Positions 9,165 to 18,106 of a stretch of 43,693 bases of DNA are shown here, one piece after another. Position 1 is the stretch's first letter. Each line of letters starts with the position of its first letter. The DNA is taken from IMG/VR virus record IMGVR_UViG_3300038608_000013, positions 1 through 43,693 of that record. One strand, 5' to 3'. This DNA comes from a virus. Its lineage: Duplodnaviria > Caudoviricetes. Below the pieces are notes generated by a model. That model saw nothing but the letters and a program-made list of their open reading frames with translations. It was not told the DNA's origin and did not search any database. A program made the position numbers and the translations under genes.

Positions 9165-9773
9165 ATGACCACACTTATCAAACTGGCTATCGACAACAAA
9201 GCGCCCAGCAAAGCCATTGCACAGGGCATCATTCGCGACCTGGCCGAACAGCACCCCGATTCTGTGCGGGAGCTGGCGCAGCTTTACGCGTATTTCATGC
9301 CGCCAAAACCAAAAAAGCCGAAAACCGCATTTCAGTGGGTTTCCGCAGCGGCCGGAGTAAAAGACATCCGCTATTATCTCAATTATGTCTATGTCACCGC
9401 CGAGCACCTGACGGCATCGGACGGCCACAGACTGCACCGCGCCCCAAATACCGACAACCTGACCCCAGGATTTTATGACCCGAAAACCGGCGATCTGGCG
9501 CACCCTCCCGAATATGCGCATTACCCGGATACAGCACAAGTAATCCCCGCGCCGGGCGAGTCTGCGCAATTTTGTTTGATCGATGCGGAACCCGTTGAAG
9601 ACCCGGACGGCAAGCCGTGCTATGCGGTAAGCGGCGCGACCCTGAACGCGCGCTATCTACAGGATGCCATGACATTTATGCCGGCCGCACGGATACAGAT
9701 TACCGGCGCCGACAAGGCCGTGCGCCTGGACGATGGCGACCTGCTGGCGGTAATTATGCCACTGCGCCCATAA
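9165..9773 (+). CDS. Truncated DNA polymerase III beta-clamp (DnaN)-like protein
   Basis: DIRYYLN, ASDGHRL, YPD, LNARYLQD and C-terminal VIMPLR match DnaN domain II/III motifs. Confidence 0.7.
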   Translation: MTTLIKLAIDNKAPSKAIAQGIIRDLAEQHPDSVRELAQLYAYFMPPKPKKPKTAFQWVSAAAGVKDIRYYLNYVYVTAEHLTASDGHRLHRAPNTDNLTPGFYDPKTGDLAHPPEYAHYPDTAQVIPAPGESAQFCLIDAEPVEDPDGKPCYAVSGATLNARYLQDAMTFMPAARIQITGADKAVRLDDGDLLAVIMPLRP

Positions 9774-9798
9774 CTGACAACACCGCGAGGGCACGAAA

Positions 9799-10581
9799 AT
9801 GAAACGACGCGAACGACTCGAGGCCAAGCTCGAAAAACGCCAGCAATGGGCGGACAAGCGCGAGCAGGAAGCCGCAGCACGCTTTGCCGGTGTGCGCAAA
9901 ATTGCCGACGCTATCCCGCTCGGCCAGCCGATTCTGGTCGGCCACCATTCCGAGCGCCACGCCCGCGCCGATCAGCGCCGCATCCACAACGGAATGCGCG
10001 CCGCAGTCGATGCGCAAAACATGGCCGAACATCACACCAGCAAAGCCGGCGGTATTGCGGATCAGCTCGACAAGAGCATTTTCAGCGATGATCCGGACGC
10101 GCCCGAGCGCCTACAGGAGCGCATCGCCGAACTCAAAGCCCAGCGCGACGCGATGAAGGCCAGTAATTCCGCCTACCGCAAGGGGCCGGCGGCATGGGCT
10201 GCGCACCTGGGCGTCAGTGCTGAGCGCGAGGCGGAACTCCGGGCGAAGATCGAATCGGACTATACCTGGCAGCAACAGCCGCACCCGGCCTATGAGCTGA
10301 CGAACCTGGGCGGAAATATCCGCCGACTGGAGAAGCGCCTCGCGGAAGTCGCCGACCGGGTAGAGCGCACAGCCAAGGCCGAGCGGGCCGGCATCCTGAT
10401 CGAAGGCGCGGACTATGTGCGGATTACGTTTCCCGAAAAGCCGCCTCGCGACGTGCTGAATGATCTACGCGGGGCCGGGTTTCGCTGGTCCGGTGGCTCA
10501 TGGTGCGGCTACCGGAGCGCCATCCCGGCATCTGTTCGCGAAATTCATAATGACGCCGAGAATTATGACGAATCGGTCTAA
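9799..10581 (+). CDS. DUF3560 domain protein
   Basis: Hallmark IPLGQPILVGHHSERHAR and late F..KP..G.FRWS segment. Confidence 0.8.
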   Translation: MKRRERLEAKLEKRQQWADKREQEAAARFAGVRKIADAIPLGQPILVGHHSERHARADQRRIHNGMRAAVDAQNMAEHHTSKAGGIADQLDKSIFSDDPDAPERLQERIAELKAQRDAMKASNSAYRKGPAAWAAHLGVSAEREAELRAKIESDYTWQQQPHPAYELTNLGGNIRRLEKRLAEVADRVERTAKAERAGILIEGADYVRITFPEKPPRDVLNDLRGAGFRWSGGSWCGYRSAIPASVREIHNDAENYDESV

Positions 10582-10656
10582 CGACGCATCAAATTCCGCT
10601 TGCATGGCGCGGATATATAGCCAACTATGTGGGCTCTAACAGAGAGGAATCAAGCC

Positions 10657-10926
10657 ATGAAAACCATCACCAAAGACTGCAAAGTCGGCATCTACGACAA
10701 CTGCGATTACGTCGCTCGCATCTATCCGGATCGTATCGTGGTCACTTCGCCATACGTCAAGTGGGCAGGCAATACCGGTGGGTATGCCGAGCGCAAGGAA
10801 CGCATTACCGATACTCGGACGCTGGAGCGCGTACAGGCTGCTTTGGCCGACGATGCCGAAGATAGCGCATGGGGTGCAATTGGCCGAGCCCTGGACGATG
10901 AATGGCTTGCCCAGGCAGGGGTGTGA
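10657..10926 (+). CDS. Hypothetical protein
   Basis: Start MKTITK with GAGG RBS. Confidence 0.6.
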   Translation: MKTITKDCKVGIYDNCDYVARIYPDRIVVTSPYVKWAGNTGGYAERKERITDTRTLERVQAALADDAEDSAWGAIGRALDDEWLAQAGV

Positions 10927-10928
10927 CC

Positions 10929-11108
10929 ATGACCCGCACAATACCCCCCGAACTCACCCGCCAGAGCGGGCGATTCAAAAACCGCTGCATCAGCATCGAC
11001 GACCAAACGGACGCCATTGTCCGCGAGGTAGGCGATAAATGCCGCAGCCGGGGAATCCGGGAGCTGGTGCGCCATTGGCTCCGAACGCACGAGGAGGGCG
11101 AGAAATGA
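10929..11108 (+). CDS. Small ribbon-helix-helix-like DNA-binding protein
   Basis: NRCISIDDQTDAIVREVG..SRGIRELV resembles the CopG/Arc pattern. Confidence 0.45.
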   Translation: MTRTIPPELTRQSGRFKNRCISIDDQTDAIVREVGDKCRSRGIRELVRHWLRTHEEGEK

Positions 11109-11404
11109 GCATTAACCTGCTATCCGACACCATCGACAAGTGGCGAGAAATGGTGCGCGAGCTCGACGCACGGAAAGACCATCGGGCAGCCGAGCAGGCG
11201 CGGAACTGGCTGTTTGGGGCTGGGCTGGCGTTGCAGATTATGGACGTAGAAGCCCTGATGGAAATGTCGAAACGAGCCTTGGAGGCATCGGAAAATGAGC
11301 ATATCCGCAACCGTACTGTGGGCGCTGGCGCTGGCGACAATATGGGGATCAGCGGCGTGGATAATCAGCGGGAAGATCTGGCCGATGGAGGGGCTGAGCG
11401 GTGA
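11105..11404 (+). CDS. Hypothetical protein
   Basis: GAGGAGG RBS, coupled to both neighbours. Confidence 0.55.
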   Translation: MSINLLSDTIDKWREMVRELDARKDHRAAEQARNWLFGAGLALQIMDVEALMEMSKRALEASENEHIRNRTVGAGAGDNMGISGVDNQREDLADGGAER

Positions 11405-12102
11405 ACGATAAACCAACAACCGAGGGTATCAAGATGGACGACAAACAAGCACAGATTTACGCGCTCATGGGCAAGATCATGGCCGAGATCGGGCATGTCG
11501 GCAAGGATTCGGTCAACCAGCAGCAAAACTTCAAATATCGCAGCATCGACGCGGTATATGGTGCTGTCAATCCGCTGCTGGGAAAGTACGGGATTTTCAT
11601 GGCGCCCGAGGTGTTGAGCAAAACCCGCGAGGAACGCACGAACAAAAACGGTACCGTGCTGGCCTTCACCTGCTTGCGCATGAAATACACGTTCTACGCG
11701 CCGGACGGCTCCAGCGTGTCCTGCGTTGTCGAGGGAGAAGGCATGGATTCCGGCGACAAATCCAGCAACAAGGCGATGGCCGTAGCGCACAAGTACGCGT
11801 TGCTGCAAACCTTCTGCATCCCGACCGAAGAGGCTAAAGACCCCGACGCCGAGGTGCATGTTATTGCCGAGTCCGCACCAGCCGTCAGAAAAGAACCGGC
11901 GGCAGAGTCACGCACTGGCGATACCGGAGGCGCAACCATCACGCCCCCACAATTGCGGATCCTATTCAAAGCGCTCGAACGAAAAAAACTGCCCGAGCAC
12001 GCGCTAACCGATGCTTTCGGCATTTCGGCGCTGAATCAACTGCCGGCCGCGAGCATTAACGACGCTATCGAGTGGGTCGCGCAGCAAGACGGTGCGGCAT
12101 GA
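11401..12102 (+). CDS. erf: ERF-family single-strand annealing protein
   Basis: KDSVN..QNFKYRSIDAV, GEGMDSGDKSSNKAMAVAHKYAL, DPDA motifs. Confidence 0.85.
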   Translation: MNDKPTTEGIKMDDKQAQIYALMGKIMAEIGHVGKDSVNQQQNFKYRSIDAVYGAVNPLLGKYGIFMAPEVLSKTREERTNKNGTVLAFTCLRMKYTFYAPDGSSVSCVVEGEGMDSGDKSSNKAMAVAHKYALLQTFCIPTEEAKDPDAEVHVIAESAPAVRKEPAAESRTGDTGGATITPPQLRILFKALERKKLPEHALTDAFGISALNQLPAASINDAIEWVAQQDGAA

Positions 12103-12305
12103 GCGGGAATACGCGGGTTATCACAGTCAGGCAGGGCGAGCACGCATGGTCCGTCCGCGTCATCGTGGGCGGCGAAGTGTTCAGCCTCTACCGCAGCCCG
12201 GATGACTGGCTCGAATCGTATGAAGAAGCGGCTTTCGAGCGCAAACGCATTGCGCGGATGCTGGGAAGCATTATCGGCCCGGTGGATGGTAATGGCGCAA
12301 TTTGA
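12099..12305 (+). CDS. Hypothetical protein
   Basis: ATGA-coupled to erf. Confidence 0.5.
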   Translation: MSGNTRVITVRQGEHAWSVRVIVGGEVFSLYRSPDDWLESYEEAAFERKRIARMLGSIIGPVDGNGAI

Positions 12306-12861
12306 GTTCGATCCCGTCGCACACCGCTACACGCTGGATGGCCGCGAGTTGCCCAGCGTGACACTAATCCTGCGCGGGCTGGACGATTTCTCTAACGTCC
12401 CGGCCCGCGTGCTGGAGAAAGCGCGGGATCGCGGCACGCGGGTACACTCGGCCTGCAACCTGGACGTGCTCGGTATCCTGGACGAGGCTACGGTGGATGA
12501 TGAAGTCGCGCCGTATCTAGCACAGTTCCGCAAATTCCTGCGGGAGTCCGGATTCATGCCGACGCTGAGCGAGTGCCGGGTATACGACGAAAATCTCTGG
12601 TACGCGGGCACGCCGGACCTGTTCGGCGATCTGCCGGGCTGCATCGATGTGCAGATCGATATCAAGTCCGGCGCTATACCGCGCAGTGTGGGGCCGCAAA
12701 CCGCTGCTTATTCTTGCGCGATGTATAAGCGGACTGGGCTAAAAACGCGCAAGCGATACACGCTAAAACTCGAAGGCGGTAAATATTCCCTGATTCCGCT
12801 TGATAGCTTGGCTGATATGGATATATTCAAGCACCAATTACGAAAATTCAAGGAGGCATAG
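12292..12861 (+). CDS. PD-(D/E)XK (Cas4-like) exonuclease
   Basis: HRY, PSVT.IL, RGTRVH, YAGTPDL, DIKSG and QTAAY motifs. Confidence 0.85.
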   Translation: MAQFEFDPVAHRYTLDGRELPSVTLILRGLDDFSNVPARVLEKARDRGTRVHSACNLDVLGILDEATVDDEVAPYLAQFRKFLRESGFMPTLSECRVYDENLWYAGTPDLFGDLPGCIDVQIDIKSGAIPRSVGPQTAAYSCAMYKRTGLKTRKRYTLKLEGGKYSLIPLDSLADMDIFKHQLRKFKEA

Positions 12862-12862
12862 C

Positions 12863-13060
12863 ATGGGCGAGTTCTCCGAAGATTTCTACGAATACCGCCG
12901 CGAAAACGAGATCCCGGTAACCTGCAAATACTGCGGCAGAGAGTCGATGTTCTGGTCAGAAACAATGCAGGGGTGGCGACTTTTTACGCCTGACGGGCAT
13001 TTGCACGAATGTAAAAAACACAACAACGAGGGTGTAAGCAATGACAACGCAAATGGTTAA
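12863..13060 (+). CDS. Small Cys/His hypothetical protein
   Basis: AGGAGG RBS; CKYCG...H.C. Confidence 0.6.
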   Translation: MGEFSEDFYEYRRENEIPVTCKYCGRESMFWSETMQGWRLFTPDGHLHECKKHNNEGVSNDNANG

Positions 13061-13715
13061 CGTATCAATCCCAACACCAGACACAACCCCGCTGCGCGAG
13101 GCTGAACTTGCCCTTGCATGGGCGGCGAAATTATCGATTGCCTCGACGGATGACTATGCTTTAGCGGCTGTCGAAATCAAATCGGTGAAGCGCCAGCACA
13201 AGGAACTTGACGCATTGCGCAAGTCGATTGTTAAACCGCTGGACGAAGCACGCGCGCGGATTCAGACACTTTTCAAGCCGGCGCTCAACTATCTCGACAA
13301 GGCGGAAACAATCATCGAAGGGAAAATGCTCGCGTATCAAACCGAGCAGAGGTGGGCCGCAGAAGAGGCTGCACGCACTGAGGCCGAGCGGCTGCGCACG
13401 GAACAAGAGGCGCTTGCGACGATGGCCGAGCAATGCGGCGATCCCGAGACCGCCGAGGATCTGCGCGGGCAGCATGTGCATGTGCCTGTAGCCGCCCCGG
13501 TGGCCGCTGAGGGCACGCGGCCGGTTACGCGATGGACCGCCGAGTTAACCGATATCATCGCGCTGTGCAAAGCAGTAGCGGACGGCGCGGCCCCCGCCGA
13601 GCTTGTGCAGCTCAACCAGCCCGCAGCAAACCGGCTGGCAACCGCGCTGCGGGATGCGGTGAGTTATCCGGGGCTGCGGTTTGTATCGACGACATCGCTT
13701 GCTGTACGGACGTGA
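13041..13715 (+). CDS. Coiled-coil protein of the recombination module
   Basis: 224 aa, LDALRKSIVKPL coiled coil, C-terminal PGLRF. Confidence 0.65.
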   Translation: MTTQMVNVSIPTPDTTPLREAELALAWAAKLSIASTDDYALAAVEIKSVKRQHKELDALRKSIVKPLDEARARIQTLFKPALNYLDKAETIIEGKMLAYQTEQRWAAEEAARTEAERLRTEQEALATMAEQCGDPETAEDLRGQHVHVPVAAPVAAEGTRPVTRWTAELTDIIALCKAVADGAAPAELVQLNQPAANRLATALRDAVSYPGLRFVSTTSLAVRT

Positions 13716-13746
13716 GAGATCCAACTTTTGAAACCTGGAGGCACGT

Positions 13747-13998
13747 ATGAGCCCATTAGAGATTAACGTCCTGCTGCACTATTACTGCTGCCGAACGGAT
13801 TACCGGGACGGCGATTTTTCTGCTCCGGCTGTGCAGGATGCGATAGAGCGCTTTCGGGATACACACAACCTGCTGGAGCCGACGCACAGCATGGACGTGT
13901 ACCACGACCAGCATTACCAAATCACCGAACGCGGGAGCGCGTTTGTGGAGGCGCTGTGCAATATGCCGCTGCCGGTAAAGACGTGGGTGATACCATGA
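13747..13998 (+). CDS. Hypothetical protein
   Basis: 83 aa, GGAGG RBS. Confidence 0.6.
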   Translation: MSPLEINVLLHYYCCRTDYRDGDFSAPAVQDAIERFRDTHNLLEPTHSMDVYHDQHYQITERGSAFVEALCNMPLPVKTWVIP

Positions 13999-14207
13999 AC
14001 ACGGAAAAAGAGATTGTGCAAATTACATGGGCCGACGGGAGCGATTGGCCATGGTTCTACTTGCTGGAAATGCGGGGGGAGTGGCTGAATTTACAGGGCG
14101 CAGACTACCCTGACGGCAGCGCAAAACATGATGGCGATTGTTTTTGGGTGCATAAATCTGTCGTAGCAAAAATAAAAACTAATGTGTCGTCCGAGGGTTT
14201 GGTATGA
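13995..14207 (+). CDS. Hypothetical protein
   Basis: ATGA-coupled chain. Confidence 0.5.
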   Translation: MNTEKEIVQITWADGSDWPWFYLLEMRGEWLNLQGADYPDGSAKHDGDCFWVHKSVVAKIKTNVSSEGLV

Positions 14208-14404
14208 ACACCCCCTGCAACTGCGAAGCCTACCGCCACCCGCACCGCCCCGGTGGCGGAGACTGCCACGGGCACGATCTGGCCGACTGCCCCTCTCCAA
14301 TTATAAACACTGATCCATACAGTACCAGAGACGGCTGGTACCGTTGGACAGAGCATGGGTGCCGGAAATGGGTGGATAACAAACATCAAGCGAGGGCTGT
14401 GTGA
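14204..14404 (+). CDS. Small Cys/His-rich protein
   Basis: CNCEAYRHPHRPGGGDC motif; coupled start. Confidence 0.5.
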   Translation: MNTPCNCEAYRHPHRPGGGDCHGHDLADCPSPIINTDPYSTRDGWYRWTEHGCRKWVDNKHQARAV

Positions 14405-14686
14405 TGCGAATGCTTACCGAACTATTTTTCGCTGTACCGATTTTAGTTGTTCTGTGCGCCGCGATCCCTGATCCTATGCCTTGGTATGTGGCGGCTAGTG
14501 TAGGATTAGCTGCGGTTATGGCCTCTGCGTCATTTGTCTCGTTGATGTTCGATGAATGACTCACAGCGTCCAGGAATAAAACCGCACCGCGATATGCCAA
14601 CACGATCTAGCGCAGCGGCAGAAACCGTTTGATCCGCCGCAATATGTCTGGCTTTATAGGCTTAAACCTGAAATGAGGATTTCTAA

Positions 14687-14887
14687 ATGGCTACAAAAGC
14701 AGTTAAATTTACCGATATCAATGGTGGTACAACGTATATTGCAAAGCAATGGATTACCGCGATTAAACCAATAATTAGTAACCCAAATCAAACCGTGATA
14801 ATTGTTGGCTTTGGAGAGTACTCGGATTCCTATTTTGTAAACGAACCCCTTGAACTCGTGCGCCTTAAATATGAAAACGAGGCGTAG
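14687..14887 (+). CDS. Hypothetical protein (AT-rich)
   Basis: 66 aa, GAGG RBS, locally low GC. Confidence 0.55.
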   Translation: MATKAVKFTDINGGTTYIAKQWITAIKPIISNPNQTVIIVGFGEYSDSYFVNEPLELVRLKYENEA

Positions 14888-15221
14888 ATATGACCACTTA
14901 CCGAATCGGCAAGCTGATCTACTGCTCAACCAAGATCCGGCACGACCTGGTGATTTACGACGAACCCGCCCGGCATATCGTGTGGCGGTTCTGGTGGATC
15001 TGCTGATATGGGCCCAATGACAAAATCACGGAAACAGGAACATGAAGATCAGTGCGCTTTGCTGCGTGGGCTTGCAATGGAAAATCATGCTCTCTTTGAG
15101 GCGCGCGCCGAAGCGATATGCAGCATGGGTGTCGGCTGTGGTGTGTACGGTGTGTGCTATGCAGAAGCGCACGGCGAGCCGGATATGTGCCCGATTCCGG
15201 GCACTTTCAGTAGGAGGAAGG

Positions 15222-15434
15222 ATGAAGATGAAGATGAAAAAAGCAGAGTTTTTCCGCAAGGGTAACGTCATTCGCTTTGTTGCTTTCGGTGGAGGCAGTG
15301 ATGAGATTTTCAGTTCGGTCAATGCTGCAAAGAGAGCCAGCCGCAAGATTCAACATGAAAACGGTGGTCTTGGCTGTGGAGTTCGTCGCGTAGTTGACCG
15401 CTTTCCTGTCGCACAACAGGAGAACCCTAAATGA
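15222..15434 (+). CDS. Hypothetical protein
   Basis: AGGAGG RBS; FSSVNAAKRASR. Confidence 0.55.
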   Translation: MKMKMKKAEFFRKGNVIRFVAFGGGSDEIFSSVNAAKRASRKIQHENGGLGCGVRRVVDRFPVAQQENPK

Positions 15435-15646
15435 CTGACGAATATCCAAGACCAGTCGCGAAGTGGGCGGTATCGCTGACGTGTCTCTGCCCTGGCTGTG
15501 ACGAGGTTGTTGATCTTCTCGATTACCCGGACTTTTGGGATGGCAGAATGTTTTCGGTCTGTGAGAATGGCACTAAGCGCAGCCGCAACGTTGAGGTGGC
15601 ATGTCCTGACTGCGCCCATGAGTTTGAGGTGGACCTTGAATACTAA
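15431..15646 (+). CDS. Zn-ribbon protein
   Basis: CPGC...CPDC, AGGAG RBS. Confidence 0.65.
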   Translation: MTDEYPRPVAKWAVSLTCLCPGCDEVVDLLDYPDFWDGRMFSVCENGTKRSRNVEVACPDCAHEFEVDLEY

Positions 15647-15671
15647 CCAATACCAGCACAAAAGCATTGCC

Positions 15672-15851
15672 ATGTACTCAACCCTGGCCGCCATCGTCAC
15701 CGCGCTGCTGCTCTGGATCGCCGCCAGCACGATGGACTACAACGACGCCCAGCGGGCAGAGATTGAATACTGCCAGCATGTCCGCGATGGGCTGTGGCCG
15801 GATTGGAAAGGCACTTACAAATCAGGCTGCGAAGGCGAGGAGGAATTGTAA
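15672..15851 (+). CDS. Small membrane-anchored hypothetical protein
   Basis: Hydrophobic N-terminus then MDYND..YC..V.DG.WPD. Confidence 0.55.
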   Translation: MYSTLAAIVTALLLWIAASTMDYNDAQRAEIEYCQHVRDGLWPDWKGTYKSGCEGEEEL

Positions 15852-16030
15852 TGTCTAACATGGGGTATTGCCGTTTCAAAAACACGCTTGAGGATTTGGA
15901 GGATTGCCACCGCGCACTTGATGGCATGGGCGACTACAGGTCCGAGCTATCGGAGGAGGAGCTAGAGGAGGCGCTTAAGCTGTTTCGGCTTTGTGAATTG
16001 CTGGCGGACGACTATCTTGAGGATCGGTAA
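15851..16030 (+). CDS. Hypothetical protein ([16 protein letters not shown])
   Basis: GAGGAGG RBS, TAATG coupling. Confidence 0.65.
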   Translation: MSNMGYCRFKNTLEDLEDCHRALDGMGDYRSELSEEELEEALKLFRLCELLADDYLEDR

Positions 16031-16032
16031 CA

Positions 16033-16452
16033 ATGGCTAATGGCGTGAACAAAGTAATCATCATCGCAAACATCGGACAAGACCCTGAAACTAGATACCT
16101 GCCCAGCGGCGAGGCGGTTGTGAACTTCTCCGCCGCCACGTCGGAGTCATGGACGGCAAAGGACGGCACCAAGCAGGACCGGACAGAATGGCATAAGGTT
16201 TGCGCATTCGGTCGGCTCGCTGAGATTATCAGCGAGTATGCCCGCAAGGGCTCCAAAGTGTATCTATCCGGATCGCTGCGCACCCGCAAATGGGAGAAGG
16301 ACGGCCAGACGCACTACACGACCGAGATAGTCGCGAAGGAGATGCAGCTTCTCGACCGGAAGGAAGCGGATGAGCGCAATCAAAACCCGATCAAGAAACC
16401 GGATGCCGTCGGAGTCGATTACTTCGATGATGGGTCCGAGATCCCATTCTAA
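16033..16452 (+). CDS. ssb: Single-stranded DNA-binding protein
   Basis: [35 protein letters not shown] and acidic C-terminus ending EIPF. Confidence 0.95.
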   Translation: MANGVNKVIIIANIGQDPETRYLPSGEAVVNFSAATSESWTAKDGTKQDRTEWHKVCAFGRLAEIISEYARKGSKVYLSGSLRTRKWEKDGQTHYTTEIVAKEMQLLDRKEADERNQNPIKKPDAVGVDYFDDGSEIPF

Positions 16453-16509
16453 AAGGTATTATTGCGGTTCCTTTTGTGTTACTATGTCGAGTACACATAG
16501 GGGCCGCCC

Positions 16510-16965
16510 ATGAAAAAATGCAAAATATGCTTCGCCGAAAAATCGTTTTCGGATTATTACAAAGGACACGCGCAGTGCAAAAAGTGTTACATCGCAAAAG
16601 TAAAGAAATACAGCCTTGAGAATTCCGACAAAGTGAAGGCTTACGACAAAAAAAGATTCAAGGAAGACCCTCGCGTATTGGCGAGGCATAAGAGGTATGC
16701 GGCTTCTGCTGCTGGTAGAGCGGCGGTGAACAGGGGGAAGGCGGGATGGGTTAGTCGCAACCGTATCAAGAAGGGCGCGGCCGCGATTGTAGGAAACGCG
16801 GTGAGGGATGGCCGGCTAATCAGGCCGGATGCGTGCGAGGAATGCGGGTCAGGCAATGTACACGGCCACCACGATGACTATGCGCTGCCGCTGGCTGTGC
16901 GCTGGCTGTGCGCAATGTGCCACCGTAAGTGGCATAAGGAAAACGGGCAGGGCGCGAACGGGTAA
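16510..16965 (+). CDS. HNH-type endonuclease with N-terminal Zn finger
   Basis: CKIC...CKKC, then CEECG..HGHHDDY..PLAVRWLCAMCH..WH. Confidence 0.8.
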   Translation: MKKCKICFAEKSFSDYYKGHAQCKKCYIAKVKKYSLENSDKVKAYDKKRFKEDPRVLARHKRYAASAAGRAAVNRGKAGWVSRNRIKKGAAAIVGNAVRDGRLIRPDACEECGSGNVHGHHDDYALPLAVRWLCAMCHRKWHKENGQGANG

Positions 16966-17007
16966 ATCATGGAAACAAAACTCTGTCCATTCTGATCGGT
17001 GCGCGCC

Positions 17008-17313
17008 ATGAAGACCAAACCCTGCCAATCCTGCGAAACCGCTAAGCCTCTGGCCGAATACTACGCGCACGTCTCCGCAGCGGACGGACTGCGCGGCAAG
17101 TGCAAGCCGTGCATGCGGCGGGAGGCCATCGACAACCGGGCGCGCAAGCTGGCGTATTACCGCGAGTATGACCGGGTGCGGGATAGGCGCGAGGATCGCA
17201 GGGCGGCTAAGATGGCATATGCGGCAACGCCAGAGGGCAGGAGTGCGTTGAAGCAGGCAAAGCGGGAGTGGCGGGAGCGCAACAGGGTTGACCACGCCGA
17301 CGAATCGCGCTAA
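17008..17313 (+). CDS. Zn-finger protein paralogous to the N-terminal half of the upstream HNH gene
   Basis: CQSC..K.L.EYY...CKPC...EYD..R...YAA..EGR; no HNH domain. Confidence 0.65.
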   Translation: MKTKPCQSCETAKPLAEYYAHVSAADGLRGKCKPCMRREAIDNRARKLAYYREYDRVRDRREDRRAAKMAYAATPEGRSALKQAKREWRERNRVDHADESR

Positions 17314-17340
17314 ATTGACGGCTCCACGACACCCTCCTTT

Positions 17341-17365
17341 GCCGCCCTTCGGGGCGGCTTTTTTT
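17341..17365 (+). terminator. Rho-independent terminator, possibly bidirectional
   Basis: GCCGCCC-TTCG-GGGCGGC followed by T7, between convergent genes. Confidence 0.85.
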
Positions 17366-17709
17366 CACTTGTGCATCCACTCCCGCACGCCCATCACAAG
17401 CAGCGCGGCCAGTCCTGACAGGAATATCCCCAGGATCGCCAGCATTCCCTTGTCTTTCAGGGTGTCTCCGGACTGCCGCCACTGTCGTAAATGCTGAAAA
17501 TCCCGCTGCATGGCGAGCGGATCTGATGTGTCTACGCCGAGCTGGATGAGCGTCTGCTTCACCGCCTCTGCCACCACCTGATTTATTTCTGAGCGCTGGA
17601 GCGAGACCTTGGCAGCCGCCAGATTCGCCGCTTCTTCAACGGCCTGCTTCGCCGCATGAGTTGCCGCGGCTGTTGCTATTCTTTCTACTTGTATTTCGGT
17701 TAACGGCAT
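17365..17709 (-). CDS. Hypothetical protein with one C-terminal TM helix
   Basis: GGAG RBS; GMLAILGIFLSGLAALLVMGV; lone minus-strand gene in the plus-strand arm. Confidence 0.7.
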   Translation of the reverse strand: MPLTEIQVERIATAAATHAAKQAVEEAANLAAAKVSLQRSEINQVVAEAVKQTLIQLGVDTSDPLAMQRDFQHLRQWRQSGDTLKDKGMLAILGIFLSGLAALLVMGVREWMHK

Positions 17710-17765
17710 CACAGCTCCAGCGGGCTAATGTCTGTCCACGCAGTATAGGTCAAAAGCGGGCAAGT

Positions 17766-17800
17766 AGGGTATTACCCTGGTGGGGAGGGTGTGGTAGGAT
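17766..17800 (+). promoter_or_regulatory. Candidate array promoter with palindromic operator
   Basis: Extended -10 TG-G-TAGGAT (17792-17800) puts +1 near the first repeat at 17806. Palindrome AGGGTA-T-TACCCT (17766-17778) covers the -35 position. Confidence 0.5.
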
Positions 17801-17805
17801 GCCGT

Positions 17806-17950
17806 GAGCCACTCGCCTTAAGACACCCATGGGAGTCAAGCGAGCCATACCCCACAAGACACCCAAAGTAGCGAAGCGAGCCACAAGTTGAAAGACACCC
17901 ACTATGCGTAAGCGAGCCAATGTGCTAAAGACACCCACGGTTCGGAAGCG
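17806..17950 (+). ncRNA. TIGR-like dual-repeat guide array 1 (4 x 36 nt)
   Basis: Units GAGCCA-N8-AAGACACCCA-N8-AAGC at 17806, 17842, 17878, 17914. Spacer pairs: CTCGCCTT/TGGGAGTC, TACCCCAC/AAGTAGCG, CAAGTTGA/CTATGCGT, ATGTGCTA/CGGTTCGG. Confidence 0.9.
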
Positions 17951-17979
17951 TTGACCGCAAGTTGATCACTAGGTAACAT
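17951..17979 (+). promoter_or_regulatory. sigma70-like promoter for the tas gene
   Basis: TTGACC-17 nt-TAACAT starting immediately after the last repeat. Confidence 0.7.
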
Positions 17980-17987
17980 GAAGAAAG

Positions 17988-18095
17988 GCTGTAGCAGGCC
18001 GAGACAAATTGCAGCTAAAAAATGCCAGCGTCTATGTCCCGAAGCGCCCGCTGTGGCGCTAACTGCTACCGGGGCATGGGCGTTGGCATTTTTTT
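17988..18095 (+). promoter_or_regulatory. Structured 5' leader RNA of the tas gene
   Basis: ~24-bp stem 18017-18040 with 18071-18094 whose only non-Watson-Crick pairs are G-U; inner hairpin AGCGCC/GGCGCT. Confidence 0.65.
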
Positions 18096-18106
18096 GGAGC
18101 CCAATC

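Noticed and set aside
8088-10628. Shared ATAGTTGGC motif at 8091-8099 and inverted at 10620-10628 as an operator
   Set aside because: Only two 9-bp copies and the second promoter is weak; insufficient support.
17958-17965. Self-targeting of the tas promoter by unit 3 (spacer A CAAGTTGA matches here)
   Set aside because: Only one 8-mer matches and spacer B has no adjacent match in either orientation; compatible with chance.
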